Of a DNA stretch of 64,000 nucleotides, positions 35,418 to 43,877 are shown in pieces. The stretch covers positions 9,797-73,796 of the forward strand of contig JAKPOP010000020.1 in NCBI GenBank assembly GCA_029547805.1, read 5' to 3'. The DNA comes from Deltaproteobacteria bacterium. GTDB lineage: Bacteria; Myxococcota_A; UBA9042; DTJE01. A program made the position numbers and the translations under genes. Numbering within the stretch: the stretch's first letter is position 1; each line of letters starts with the position of its first letter. The notes beneath the pieces were generated by a model that was not told the DNA's origin, made no database searches, and saw only the letters and a list, made by a program, of their open reading frames with translations.

Positions 35418-37993
35418 TGTCCCCACGGGCCCGACGAGGCAGATGGACCGGGCTGTCCCTGGTGCTTCTCTGCCTCCTGGGACAGGACGGGTGCGCCACC
35501 TCCCGTTACCTCACCTACCGGACCCGTCCCGACTACCCCCGGGCCGGGGACGACTCCCTGGCCATTCCGGGCCTCCGGGAGACGGTCCAGGCCTTCCTGG
35601 ACCCCTCGGGCATCCCCCACATCCAGGCGAAGAACGAGGAGGACCTGGCCCGGGCCACGGGCTTCTTCCAGGGCCGCTACCGCTTCTTCGCGATGGACAT
35701 GCTGCGGCGCCTGGCCCGGGGTCGGGTCTCGGAACTGGTCGGGGAGCAGTCCCTCTTCGAAGGGACGACGGTGGAGTTCGACCGGGCCATGCGGGGCTGG
35801 GGCATCGACCGGGACGTGGCCCGGGACGTCCAGGAACTCTCCCCAGAGATGCGGATGCTGCTCACGGCCTTCACCGAGGGGGTCAACGAGGCCCTCCGGC
35901 GGTATCGGCCCATGGAGTACCGGGTCCTGGGGGTCGTGCCCGATCCCTGGACCCTGGAGGACTGCTTCGCCATCGGCCGCCTCAACGCGTGGTCCGTCAC
36001 CCACAACTGGCAGCAGGAGATCTCCCGACTGCTGCTGGCCTGGCACGTGGGCCTGGACCGGAGCGAGGCGATCTACGGCAACGCCCCCTGGGCCGGCGGG
36101 ACCACCCTCCCCCCCTCGTCGCCTCCCCGGGAACTCCCCCCGGCCGTGGCGGCGGAACTCCGGGACCTGTTCCCTGCCCGTCCTCCCAGGGTCGCCCCGC
36201 CACGAAGCGAGGAGGCGCCCCTCCTGGACCCGGGCGGGCTCACGGGCGCCAGCAACTCCTGGGTGGTGGCCGCGGACCTGTCGGCATCGGGTCGTCCGAT
36301 CCAGGCCAACGACCCCCACCTGACCCACATGCTCCCATCCCTCATGTTCCAACAGCACCTCTCGGCACCGGGGATCGACGTCATCGGGGCAGGCATCGCC
36401 GGTCTTCCCTTCGTACTGGCGGGACACAACGGCCACGTCGCCTGGGGCACCACCTCCCTGGTGGGGGACGTGGTGGACCTCTTCCTGGAGCGCATCGACC
36501 CGGCCCACCCGGACCACGTGATCCGGGACGGCGTCCCCGTCCCCCTGGAGGTCCGGGAGGAAGTCGTGCGGGTGCGCCGCGGCAAGGCCCTGGAGGATCG
36601 CCGCTTCCGGATCCGGGTGGGCCCCCACGGCCCCCTGCTCAACGACCTCTATCCACACCTGTTCGACCCGGAGATGCCCCTGGTGGCCCTCCAGTGGGAT
36701 CCCCCGGGCATCGCCGACAGCCTGGAGGCGGTCCGGAAGGCGGCCCGGGCGACCACCGTCGGCGAGTTGCGGGAGGCCCTGCTGGGCATGATGTCCCCGG
36801 CCTCGGCATGGACCGCCGCCGACGACTCGGGGACCATCGCCTTCTTCGTCACCGGGGCCATCCCGGTCCGTCCCCGTCACCTGGGGACCTTTCCGGCCCC
36901 GGGGTGGGACTCGTCCTATGACTGGGCGGGGATCGTGAACCCCGCGACCCTGCCCCATGCCGAGTCCCGGCAGGGCTTTTTCGCCCACGCCAACAATCTG
37001 GTGGCGGACCCGCGCCAGAGCCCGGTGTTCCTCCACGTGGACACGGCCCCTTCGTATCGATACGACCGGATCGCCGAGTTGATCCGCTCCACGGGACCCC
37101 ACACCCTCCAGAGCCTCGCGGACATCCAGATGGACGTCCGCCTGAACCGGGGCAAGCGCCTGCTGCCTTTCCTGATCCAGGACCTCTCCCGCCGGGAGGT
37201 CCGCTGGTCCCCCCTGGAACGCAGGGCCCTGGACCTGCTCCGGTCCTGGGACTTCGAGGCGGGGACCGGATCGGTGGGCACCACCCTCTTCTTCTCCCTC
37301 TATCGGGAGGCCGTGATCCTGGCCATCCAGGACGAGTTGCCGCCCGAGGCCTATCGCTTCTTCCTCTCCCAGCGGTACTCGACCAACGTGGCGGACCTCT
37401 GGTTCGAGCGTCCCGACCATCCGGTGTGGGACGATCGGCGCACGCCCCGGGTCGAGATGCGTCGGGAGGTGATCCAGGAGGCCTTCCGAAGGACCATCCG
37501 GCGTCTCCAGCGAGAACTGGGGCCCAATCCCGAGGAGTGGCGTTGGGGCAAGGTCCACACCCTCCAGATCCGCCATGCCTTCGGGGGCCAGAAGGCCATC
37601 TCTCGGTTCATGAACCTGCGCCCCTCTCCGGTGGGCGGAGCCCTGGACTCGGTCTGGAAGTCCCACTTCGACCTGGGCAACGAAGACCACCCCTTCGCGG
37701 TGGTCGCCGGGCCCTCCTATCGGCAGATCGTGGACCTGGCGGACCTGGACCACGGCCTGTGGGTGAGCGACACGGGCATCTCGGGCTGGCCCGGCTCCCC
37801 CCAGTACGGGGACCAGCACGAGGCCTGGAAGCGCGGCGAGTTCCTCCCGATGATCTTCCGGTGGGACGAGGTGCAATCCCTGGCCCGGGCGACGATCCGC
37901 CTGCGGCCCCTGGAACCGGACGAGGAGCCGGAATCCGAGACGTCGCCCGAGGACGAGGGACCAGCCCCGGTTGACCAGGAGGAGACCCGATGA
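35417..37993 (+). CDS. Penicillin-amidase/AHL-acylase family (peptidase S45, Ntn-hydrolase) lipoprotein.
   Basis: TAATG overlap with the upstream gene. The lipobox is LLGQDGC. The conserved autoprocessing and nucleophile region is GASNSWVVAADLSASGRPIQANDPHL. The protein is 858 aa with codon bias throughout. Confidence 0.75.
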   Translation: MSPRARRGRWTGLSLVLLCLLGQDGCATSRYLTYRTRPDYPRAGDDSLAIPGLRETVQAFLDPSGIPHIQAKNEEDLARATGFFQGRYRFFAMDMLRRLARGRVSELVGEQSLFEGTTVEFDRAMRGWGIDRDVARDVQELSPEMRMLLTAFTEGVNEALRRYRPMEYRVLGVVPDPWTLEDCFAIGRLNAWSVTHNWQQEISRLLLAWHVGLDRSEAIYGNAPWAGGTTLPPSSPPRELPPAVAAELRDLFPARPPRVAPPRSEEAPLLDPGGLTGASNSWVVAADLSASGRPIQANDPHLTHMLPSLMFQQHLSAPGIDVIGAGIAGLPFVLAGHNGHVAWGTTSLVGDVVDLFLERIDPAHPDHVIRDGVPVPLEVREEVVRVRRGKALEDRRFRIRVGPHGPLLNDLYPHLFDPEMPLVALQWDPPGIADSLEAVRKAARATTVGELREALLGMMSPASAWTAADDSGTIAFFVTGAIPVRPRHLGTFPAPGWDSSYDWAGIVNPATLPHAESRQGFFAHANNLVADPRQSPVFLHVDTAPSYRYDRIAELIRSTGPHTLQSLADIQMDVRLNRGKRLLPFLIQDLSRREVRWSPLERRALDLLRSWDFEAGTGSVGTTLFFSLYREAVILAIQDELPPEAYRFFLSQRYSTNVADLWFERPDHPVWDDRRTPRVEMRREVIQEAFRRTIRRLQRELGPNPEEWRWGKVHTLQIRHAFGGQKAISRFMNLRPSPVGGALDSVWKSHFDLGNEDHPFAVVAGPSYRQIVDLADLDHGLWVSDTGISGWPGSPQYGDQHEAWKRGEFLPMIFRWDEVQSLARATIRLRPLEPDEEPESETSPEDEGPAPVDQEETR

Positions 37994-38580
37994 CCTCTCG
38001 TCTCCTCTGGCTGGTTCCCTGGGTCCTCGTGGCCGGCTGCTCCCTGACCCCCGGGGAATTCCCGGTGGAATCCGGGGAGATCACCTCGACCGGGGGCGCC
38101 GACGGCCTTCCCTCGGCCCCCGTGCGGGAACTCCCGGAACCGGATGGCGCCCCGGGGGGAGCCCAGGTCGGATCGGCCTGCGGAACCGGCGAGGAGTGCA
38201 AGACCGGCTTCTGCATGACCACCGAGAACATCGGGGGCTTCATCGCCGGCGCCTCGGTTCCCGGGGGCTACTGCTCGGGCCTCTTCTGCGCCGTGGACGG
38301 GTCCGACGATGCCTGCACCCCGGAGATGGGCGGCGTCTGCTTCAGCCTGTTCCCGTTCCTCGGGGAGTCCTTCGCCGAACAGGGAATCTGCCTGGCGCCC
38401 TGCCGGACCGACGACGACTGCCGCCCCTCCGACGACCAGGTGTGCTTCGACGCCAAGGAACTGGAGCAGGCCGGGCGATTGACCTCAGACCAGATGGCCC
38501 TCTACTACGGGGATCATCCGAGGGCCTGCCTCCCCAGGACCGTCCGGAATGCGGCGATGGCCCCGCCCGGGAGCCGCTAG
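37990..38580 (+). CDS. Small Cys-rich secreted lipoprotein with about 14 Cys.
   Basis: ATGA overlap with the acylase gene. The lipobox is LVAGC. Cys pairs are spaced regularly, consistent with a disulfide-rich fold. Confidence 0.5.
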   Translation: MTSRLLWLVPWVLVAGCSLTPGEFPVESGEITSTGGADGLPSAPVRELPEPDGAPGGAQVGSACGTGEECKTGFCMTTENIGGFIAGASVPGGYCSGLFCAVDGSDDACTPEMGGVCFSLFPFLGESFAEQGICLAPCRTDDDCRPSDDQVCFDAKELEQAGRLTSDQMALYYGDHPRACLPRTVRNAAMAPPGSR

Positions 38581-38616
38581 CCCGGGTTCCCCACCCGGGG
38601 CCCTCCTTCGAAATCC

Positions 38617-39471
38617 CTACGGCATCCAGGCCGGATCGAACCGTCCCTGGAAGACGCGGACCGCCGGTCCCTGGAGGAAGACCTCCGAAAGGTCCTCGGC
38701 GACGGTCAGCGTCAGCGTCCCCCCTGGAAGGTCCATCTGCAGCGGCTCCCCGGGCCGGGCCCGTCCGGTTCCCACGGCCGCCACCGCAGTGGCGCCAGCC
38801 CCGGTCCCACAGGCCAGCGTGACGCCGCATCCCCGCTCCCGGACGACGACCCGGAAGTGCCCGGGGCCCAGGGGCTCCACGAATTCCACGTTGGTCTTCC
38901 GGGGAAAGGCCGGATGTTCCGACAGCACGGCCCCGAAGGCCTCGGCCTCGGATACCGTCATCCCCTGGAAGATCACGAGGTGGGGATTTCCCATGCCGAC
39001 CCCGTGGCCCTCGAAGGTGCGCCCCAGGGCCTCGACCGTCACGACGCGACCCGTCGTGGCCATCGGGATCGCGTCCGGGTCGAGGGTCGGACGCCCCAGG
39101 CCGACGCGCACGGTCCGGACCTGGCCTTGATCATCCAGGAAGACCCGGCAGGGCTTCACGCCGGCCAGCGTCTCGATGGCGATCTCGTCCCCGGTGACGC
39201 CCAGGCAGTCGTGGAGATGCCGCGCGACGCAACGAATCCCGTTGCCGCACATCTCGGCCTCGGACCCGTCGGCGTTGATCACCCGCATGAACCACGGCGC
39301 CCGGGTCCCCCGCTCCACCAGCAGCACCCCGTCGGCACCGACCCCGAAGTGGCGGTCGCAGATCCGGGCGGCCGTTTCGGGAGTCAGCCACGGCGGACGG
39401 CCATCCAGGGCCTCCAGGACCACGAAGTCGTTCCCCGTCCCGTGGTATTTCCAGAACGTCGTCCCCTCCAT
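38617..39471 (-). CDS. dapF: Diaminopimelate epimerase.
   Basis: The Shine-Dalgarno GGGAGGAAGG lies 2 nt upstream of ATG. Conserved DapF motifs are present: GTGNDFVV at the N-terminus, plus the catalytic Cys regions MCGNGIRC and LACGTGAGA. Confidence 0.85.
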   Translation of the reverse strand: MEGTTFWKYHGTGNDFVVLEALDGRPPWLTPETAARICDRHFGVGADGVLLVERGTRAPWFMRVINADGSEAEMCGNGIRCVARHLHDCLGVTGDEIAIETLAGVKPCRVFLDDQGQVRTVRVGLGRPTLDPDAIPMATTGRVVTVEALGRTFEGHGVGMGNPHLVIFQGMTVSEAEAFGAVLSEHPAFPRKTNVEFVEPLGPGHFRVVVRERGCGVTLACGTGAGATAVAAVGTGRARPGEPLQMDLPGGTLTLTVAEDLSEVFLQGPAVRVFQGRFDPAWMP

Positions 39472-39579
39472 CGCCTTCCTCCCGGTCCTTGGCGGCGATG
39501 GTAGGGGCCTTCCGGCGTCTTGGCAATGTGCTCCCCGGGGACTTGCGCTACAATCCCCTCCCGACCCGCTGGAGGCCCC

Positions 39580-40158
39580 ATGGCCCTCTTGGACCCGCAG
39601 GTGCTGGATGGAATCCGAACCCTCCTCGAGGCCCTCGGGGACGACCCGAACCGTCCGGACCTCCAGGCGACCCCCTCCCGGGTGCTCGATTCCCTCCGGT
39701 ACCTGACCCGAGGCCAGCGGGAGTCCCTGGAGGAGGTCCTGGAGGGGGGCCTCTTCGAGGGAGACTACCGGGACCTGGTGCTGGTCCGGGACATCGAGTT
39801 CGCGTCCCTCTGCGAACATCACCTCCTGCCGTTCCTGGGCCATGCCCACGTCGCGTACGTGCCCGACCGCCGCATCCTGGGCCTGTCGAAGATCGCCCGG
39901 ATCGTGGACCACTTCGCGGCCCGGCTCCAGGTCCAGGAGCGCCTGACGACCCAGGTCGCCGAGTGCCTGACAGAGGTCCTCCGGCCCAGGGCCGTGGGGG
40001 TCGTGATCTCGGCCACCCATCTCTGCATGCAGATCCGGGGCGTCCGGAAGGCAGACAGCGAGGTGACCACTTCGGTCTGGCGCCTGGGCCCACAGGGCGG
40101 CCCGGAGGAACTGGAACGCCTCCGCCAGGAACTGGTCGCCAGCGGGACGCGCCGATGA
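39580..40158 (+). CDS. folE: GTP cyclohydrolase I.
   Basis: The Shine-Dalgarno GGAGG lies 5 nt upstream. FolE signature regions are CEHHLLPF and ATHLCMQIRGV. Confidence 0.85.
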   Translation: MALLDPQVLDGIRTLLEALGDDPNRPDLQATPSRVLDSLRYLTRGQRESLEEVLEGGLFEGDYRDLVLVRDIEFASLCEHHLLPFLGHAHVAYVPDRRILGLSKIARIVDHFAARLQVQERLTTQVAECLTEVLRPRAVGVVISATHLCMQIRGVRKADSEVTTSVWRLGPQGGPEELERLRQELVASGTRR

Positions 40159-40772
40159 CCCCACGGCCGATGACGCCCCGTCCTCCGCCCTGGCATCCCC
40201 CCGATCAGACCGGCCCGACGCTGGACCGGGTCCGGGAGGCCCTGGCGGCCCGGCGGGCCCGGGAGTCCCCAAGGACCCCGGACCTTCGCCCCGCGGCGGT
40301 GCTCGTGGCCCTGTGTCCCGGCCCCCATGGACTGGAGGTGCTGCTGACCCGGCGATCCCACGAGGTAGCGGACCACCAGGGCCAGGTCGCCTTTCCCGGC
40401 GGGGCCGTGGACCCCGGAGACCGGGACAGCCTCGCCGCAGCCCTCCGGGAGGCCAGGGAGGAGGTCGGTCTTCCTCCGGACCGCGCCCAGGTGCTGGGCC
40501 GCCTGGACGACTTCCCCACCATCACCGGCTTCCTCGTGACGCCCTGGGTCGTCCAGGTCCCCTCCTTCGAGGGGGTCCTCCCGGCCACGGGGGAGGTGGA
40601 CGCCGTCTTCCCCTTCCCCCTGGTCTGGCTGGCCGACGACCGCCACGTCCTCCGGGTCCCCTGGCGGCCGGGCGGCGTCCCCATGGAGGTCTTGTTCATC
40701 CCATACGGGGAGTTCCTGATCTGGGGGGCCACCGCCCGGATCCTCTGGCAATTCTGGGAGGTCGTTCGATGA
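40155..40772 (+). CDS. Nudix hydrolase of the CoA-pyrophosphatase (NudL-like) subfamily.
   Basis: ATGA overlap with folE. The CoAse Nudix motif is LLTRRSHEVADHQGQVAFPGG, followed by the Nudix box ALREAREEVGL. Confidence 0.75.
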   Translation: MTPRPMTPRPPPWHPPDQTGPTLDRVREALAARRARESPRTPDLRPAAVLVALCPGPHGLEVLLTRRSHEVADHQGQVAFPGGAVDPGDRDSLAAALREAREEVGLPPDRAQVLGRLDDFPTITGFLVTPWVVQVPSFEGVLPATGEVDAVFPFPLVWLADDRHVLRVPWRPGGVPMEVLFIPYGEFLIWGATARILWQFWEVVR

Positions 40773-41806
40773 CGCAGGACCCACGGAAGGAGGCCCTCTT
40801 CGACGGACCGGAGGCCCAGCAACTGGTAGGGGCCCTCAAGGGCGCCCGGACCCTGTTGTTGACCACCCACGAGGGCCCCGACGCCGATGGAATGGGGTCG
40901 GAACTGGCCCTCGCCCGGGCCCTGCGGCGCCTTGGAAAGCGGGTCTTCATCCGGAACGCCGACCCCCCGGCCCGCCGCTTCCAGTTCCTCAACGACGCTG
41001 GCGACCTGGTCGTCTTCCGCAACGAGGACATCCCCCTGGTACAGGAGGTCGACCTCGTCCTGCTGGTGGACACGGCCGAGCTGCGCCGAGCCGGACGGGT
41101 CGGGGAGGCGATCCGACGGCGCCAGGGAGCGACCCTGGCCCTGGACCACCACGCCGCCGGTTCCGAGACCCTGCCGGGACTCCTGGGCCCCGACTTCAGC
41201 AGCACCGGAGAGATGGTCGCGGGCCTGATGCCCACCCTGGGCCTGCCCCTGACCCCGGACCTGGCGACTCCCCTCTATGCGGCCATCCTGTTCGACACGG
41301 CCCAGTTCCGTTTCTGTCGGAACGACCCCGGGACCTTCCGGGTCGCTGCCGCCCTGGTGGAGGCGGGAGCCGACGCCGAGGCCATCGGCAAGCGCCTCTT
41401 CGGAAGCGCCCGGCGGGATGCCCGGGTGCTGGAGGCCCGCATCTTGAATGATGCCCATTTCGAGTGTGACGGGAGACTGGCCTGGGCCGCCGTCGAACCT
41501 CGCCACCTCCAGGGCCTGCAGGTGGACCGGGACGAGATCCGGTCCCTGGTGAACCTGATCGGGGACATCGAGGGCGTGGAGGTGGCCTGCCTGTTCAAGT
41601 CCGGAGAGTCCACCTTGAAGGTGAGCCTCCGCTCCCGGGGACGACATCCGGTGCTGCCGGTTGCCGAGGCCCTGGGAGGAGGCGGGCACCCCTTCGCCGC
41701 GGGGGCCGACGTCCCCTGGGACCTGGCCACGGCCATCGACCGGACCCTGCCTTCGCTGCGGACCATGCTGGAAGATGCCGGGGAGGCCCCTACTCCTCGC
41801 CCGTGA
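40769..41806 (+). CDS. DHH-family phosphoesterase (NrnA-like bifunctional oligoribonuclease/pAp phosphatase-type) with a DHHA1 domain.
   Basis: ATGA overlap with the Nudix gene. The DHH motifs are LLLTTHEGPDADGMGS and LDHH. The C-terminal DHHA1 signature is GGGGHPFAAG. Confidence 0.7.
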   Translation: MTQDPRKEALFDGPEAQQLVGALKGARTLLLTTHEGPDADGMGSELALARALRRLGKRVFIRNADPPARRFQFLNDAGDLVVFRNEDIPLVQEVDLVLLVDTAELRRAGRVGEAIRRRQGATLALDHHAAGSETLPGLLGPDFSSTGEMVAGLMPTLGLPLTPDLATPLYAAILFDTAQFRFCRNDPGTFRVAAALVEAGADAEAIGKRLFGSARRDARVLEARILNDAHFECDGRLAWAAVEPRHLQGLQVDRDEIRSLVNLIGDIEGVEVACLFKSGESTLKVSLRSRGRHPVLPVAEALGGGGHPFAAGADVPWDLATAIDRTLPSLRTMLEDAGEAPTPRP

Positions 41807-42287
41807 TGTCCTCGTCGGGGCGGTACTTGTCGGGCTTGATCGTGAGCACCATGCAGTGGGCCCGTCGGACGACCTTCTCGGTCTGACTGCCCAGCAGCAT
41901 GTGCTTCACGCCGGTGTATCCGTGACTGCCCAGCACGATCAGGTCGATCTTCTCCTGCCAGGCCATCCGGGCGATCTCCAGGTAGGGCTTGCCGGCCCGG
42001 ACCTCGATCCGCACCTTCCGGCGGTCCACCTCCGCCAGTCCGCCCTCCTCGAACAACTCGTTGACCCGGCGCCGGACCCCCGTCTGGATCCGCTCCATCT
42101 CCAGGGCCTGACGCTCGATGTCCTCGCCCTTGTCGAAGGAGGCGATGGGCTCGACCACATGGAGCACCGTCACGTCCGCCGCGTACTGCCGCGCCAGTTT
42201 CAAGCCGATGTAGAAGGCCTTCCGCGAGGTATCCGAAAAATCCACCGGGATCAGGATCTTGTCGATCTTCAAGGTCACTTCCATCAC
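41790..42287 (-). CDS. Universal stress protein (UspA family).
   Basis: The Shine-Dalgarno is GGGGAGG. The UspA pattern is KILIPVDFSDTS...VTVLHVVE...IDLIVLGSHGYTGVKHMLLGSQTEKVVRRAHCMVLTIK. Confidence 0.75.
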   Translation of the reverse strand: MMEVTLKIDKILIPVDFSDTSRKAFYIGLKLARQYAADVTVLHVVEPIASFDKGEDIERQALEMERIQTGVRRRVNELFEEGGLAEVDRRKVRIEVRAGKPYLEIARMAWQEKIDLIVLGSHGYTGVKHMLLGSQTEKVVRRAHCMVLTIKPDKYRPDEDITGEE

Positions 42288-42317
42288 CGCCTCCCCTGCT
42301 GGAGCACCCCTGACGAT

Positions 42318-43877
42318 TCAGAGGGGGATGTTACCATGCTTCTTCGGGGGATTGGAGTCCCGTTTCTCCCCCAGGGTCTCCAGGGCCAGGGCCAGGCGGC
42401 GCCGGGTCTCCCGAGGGGCGATCACCGCGTCCACGAATCCCCACTCGGCGGCCTGATAGGGATTCGCAAACCGCTCCCGGTAGGCCTCGGTCAGGGCCAT
42501 CCGGGTTCCCTCGGGGTCCTGCGCTGACTGGAGGCTCTTCCGGTGCAGGACCTCGATGGCCGCGTCGGGGCCCATCACCGCGATCTCCGCCGAGGGCCAG
42601 GCCAGGTTCAGGTCCCCCCGCATGTGGCGGGAGGACATCACGATGTAGGCGCCGCCGTAGGCCTTCCGCAGGATCACGGTCAGTTTCGGGACCGTGGCCT
42701 CGGCATAGGCATAGATCAACTTCGCCCCGTGGCGAATGAGACCGCCGGCCTCCTGGTCCACCCCGGGCAGGAAGCCCGGCGTATCCACCAGGGTCAGCAG
42801 GGGGATGTGGAAGGCGTCGCAGAACCGCACGAACCGGGCTCCCTTCACGCTGGCATCGACGTCCAGGCACCCGGCCAGGTGGTCCGGCTGGTTCGCGACC
42901 ACGCCGATGGTCCGCCCACCCAGGCGGGCAAAGGCGGTGACCAGATTCCGGGCATGGAGGGGCAGCACCTCCAGATAGCGCGCATCGTCCACCACCCGGG
43001 CGATCACCTCCCGGACGTCGTAGGGCCGCTGGGACTCGGTGGGGACCACGTCATCCAGCACCGGGTCAACCCGGTCCGGAGGGTCCTCGCTGGCGACCCG
43101 TGGCGGGTCCGACTGGTTGTTCTGGGGCAGGTAGGAGAGGAGTTCCCGGATCAACTCCAGGGCCCCCTCCTCGTCGGGGGCGGCGAAGTGCGCCACGCCG
43201 CTGCGACACGCATGCATCGCCGCGCCTCCGAGGGCCTCCTTGGTCACCTCCTCGTGGGTGACCGTCCGGATCACGTCGGGGCCGGTGATGAACATGTGAC
43301 TGCCCCGCTCGGTCATCACGACGAAGTCCGTGATCCCCGGCGAATAGACCGCGCCGCCAGCACAGGGGCCCAGGATGGCCGAGATCTGGGGGATCACGCC
43401 CGAGGCCAGCGTGTTCCGGAGGAAGATCTCGGCGTAGCCCGAAAGGGCCACGACCCCCTCCTGGATCCGCGCCCCCCCGGAGTCGTTGAGGGCGATCAGA
43501 GGGCAGCCGACCTTCAGGGCCATGTCCTGCACCTTGCAGATCTTTCGGGCGTGGGCCACCCCGAGGGACCCTCCAAGCACCGTGAAATCCTGCGAGTAGA
43601 CGCAGACCGGCCTTCCGTCGATGCGCCCGAAGCCTGTCACGACCCCGTCTCCCAGGAAGTCCTGGGACTCCATGCCGAAGTCGGTGCAATGGTGACGCAC
43701 GAAGGCGTCCATCTCCACGAAGGACCCGGGGTCCAGCAGCAGTCCCAGGCGCTCCCGGGCCGTCAGGTGCCCCTCGGCCTGCCGTCGCTGCTGCCGCTCG
43801 GGGCCTCCGCCGGCCTGGGCCTGTCGCTCCATCTCGGCCAGGCGGTCCAGTTGCCGCTGTCGGTCCGATCGGCTCAT
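42318..43877 (-). CDS. pccB: Acyl-CoA carboxylase carboxyltransferase subunit (propionyl-CoA carboxylase beta chain/methylmalonyl-CoA carboxyltransferase family).
   Basis: The carboxyltransferase N and C domains are present. Motifs are SGGARIQEG and GPCAGGAVYSPGITDF. The Shine-Dalgarno is GAGGAGAGAAGGA before ATG (MSRSDRQRQ). The longer upstream extension is rejected. Confidence 0.8.
   Translation of the reverse strand: MSRSDRQRQLDRLAEMERQAQAGGGPERQQRRQAEGHLTARERLGLLLDPGSFVEMDAFVRHHCTDFGMESQDFLGDGVVTGFGRIDGRPVCVYSQDFTVLGGSLGVAHARKICKVQDMALKVGCPLIALNDSGGARIQEGVVALSGYAEIFLRNTLASGVIPQISAILGPCAGGAVYSPGITDFVVMTERGSHMFITGPDVIRTVTHEEVTKEALGGAAMHACRSGVAHFAAPDEEGALELIRELLSYLPQNNQSDPPRVASEDPPDRVDPVLDDVVPTESQRPYDVREVIARVVDDARYLEVLPLHARNLVTAFARLGGRTIGVVANQPDHLAGCLDVDASVKGARFVRFCDAFHIPLLTLVDTPGFLPGVDQEAGGLIRHGAKLIYAYAEATVPKLTVILRKAYGGAYIVMSSRHMRGDLNLAWPSAEIAVMGPDAAIEVLHRKSLQSAQDPEGTRMALTEAYRERFANPYQAAEWGFVDAVIAPRETRRRLALALETLGEKRDSNPPKKHGNIPL

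Noticed and set aside
39472-39579. TTGGCA ... TACAAT hexamers upstream of folE as a sigma70 promoter.
   Set aside because: The spacing between the hexamers is about 23 nt, outside the 16-19 nt range. It may still contain a promoter but cannot be supported from sequence alone.
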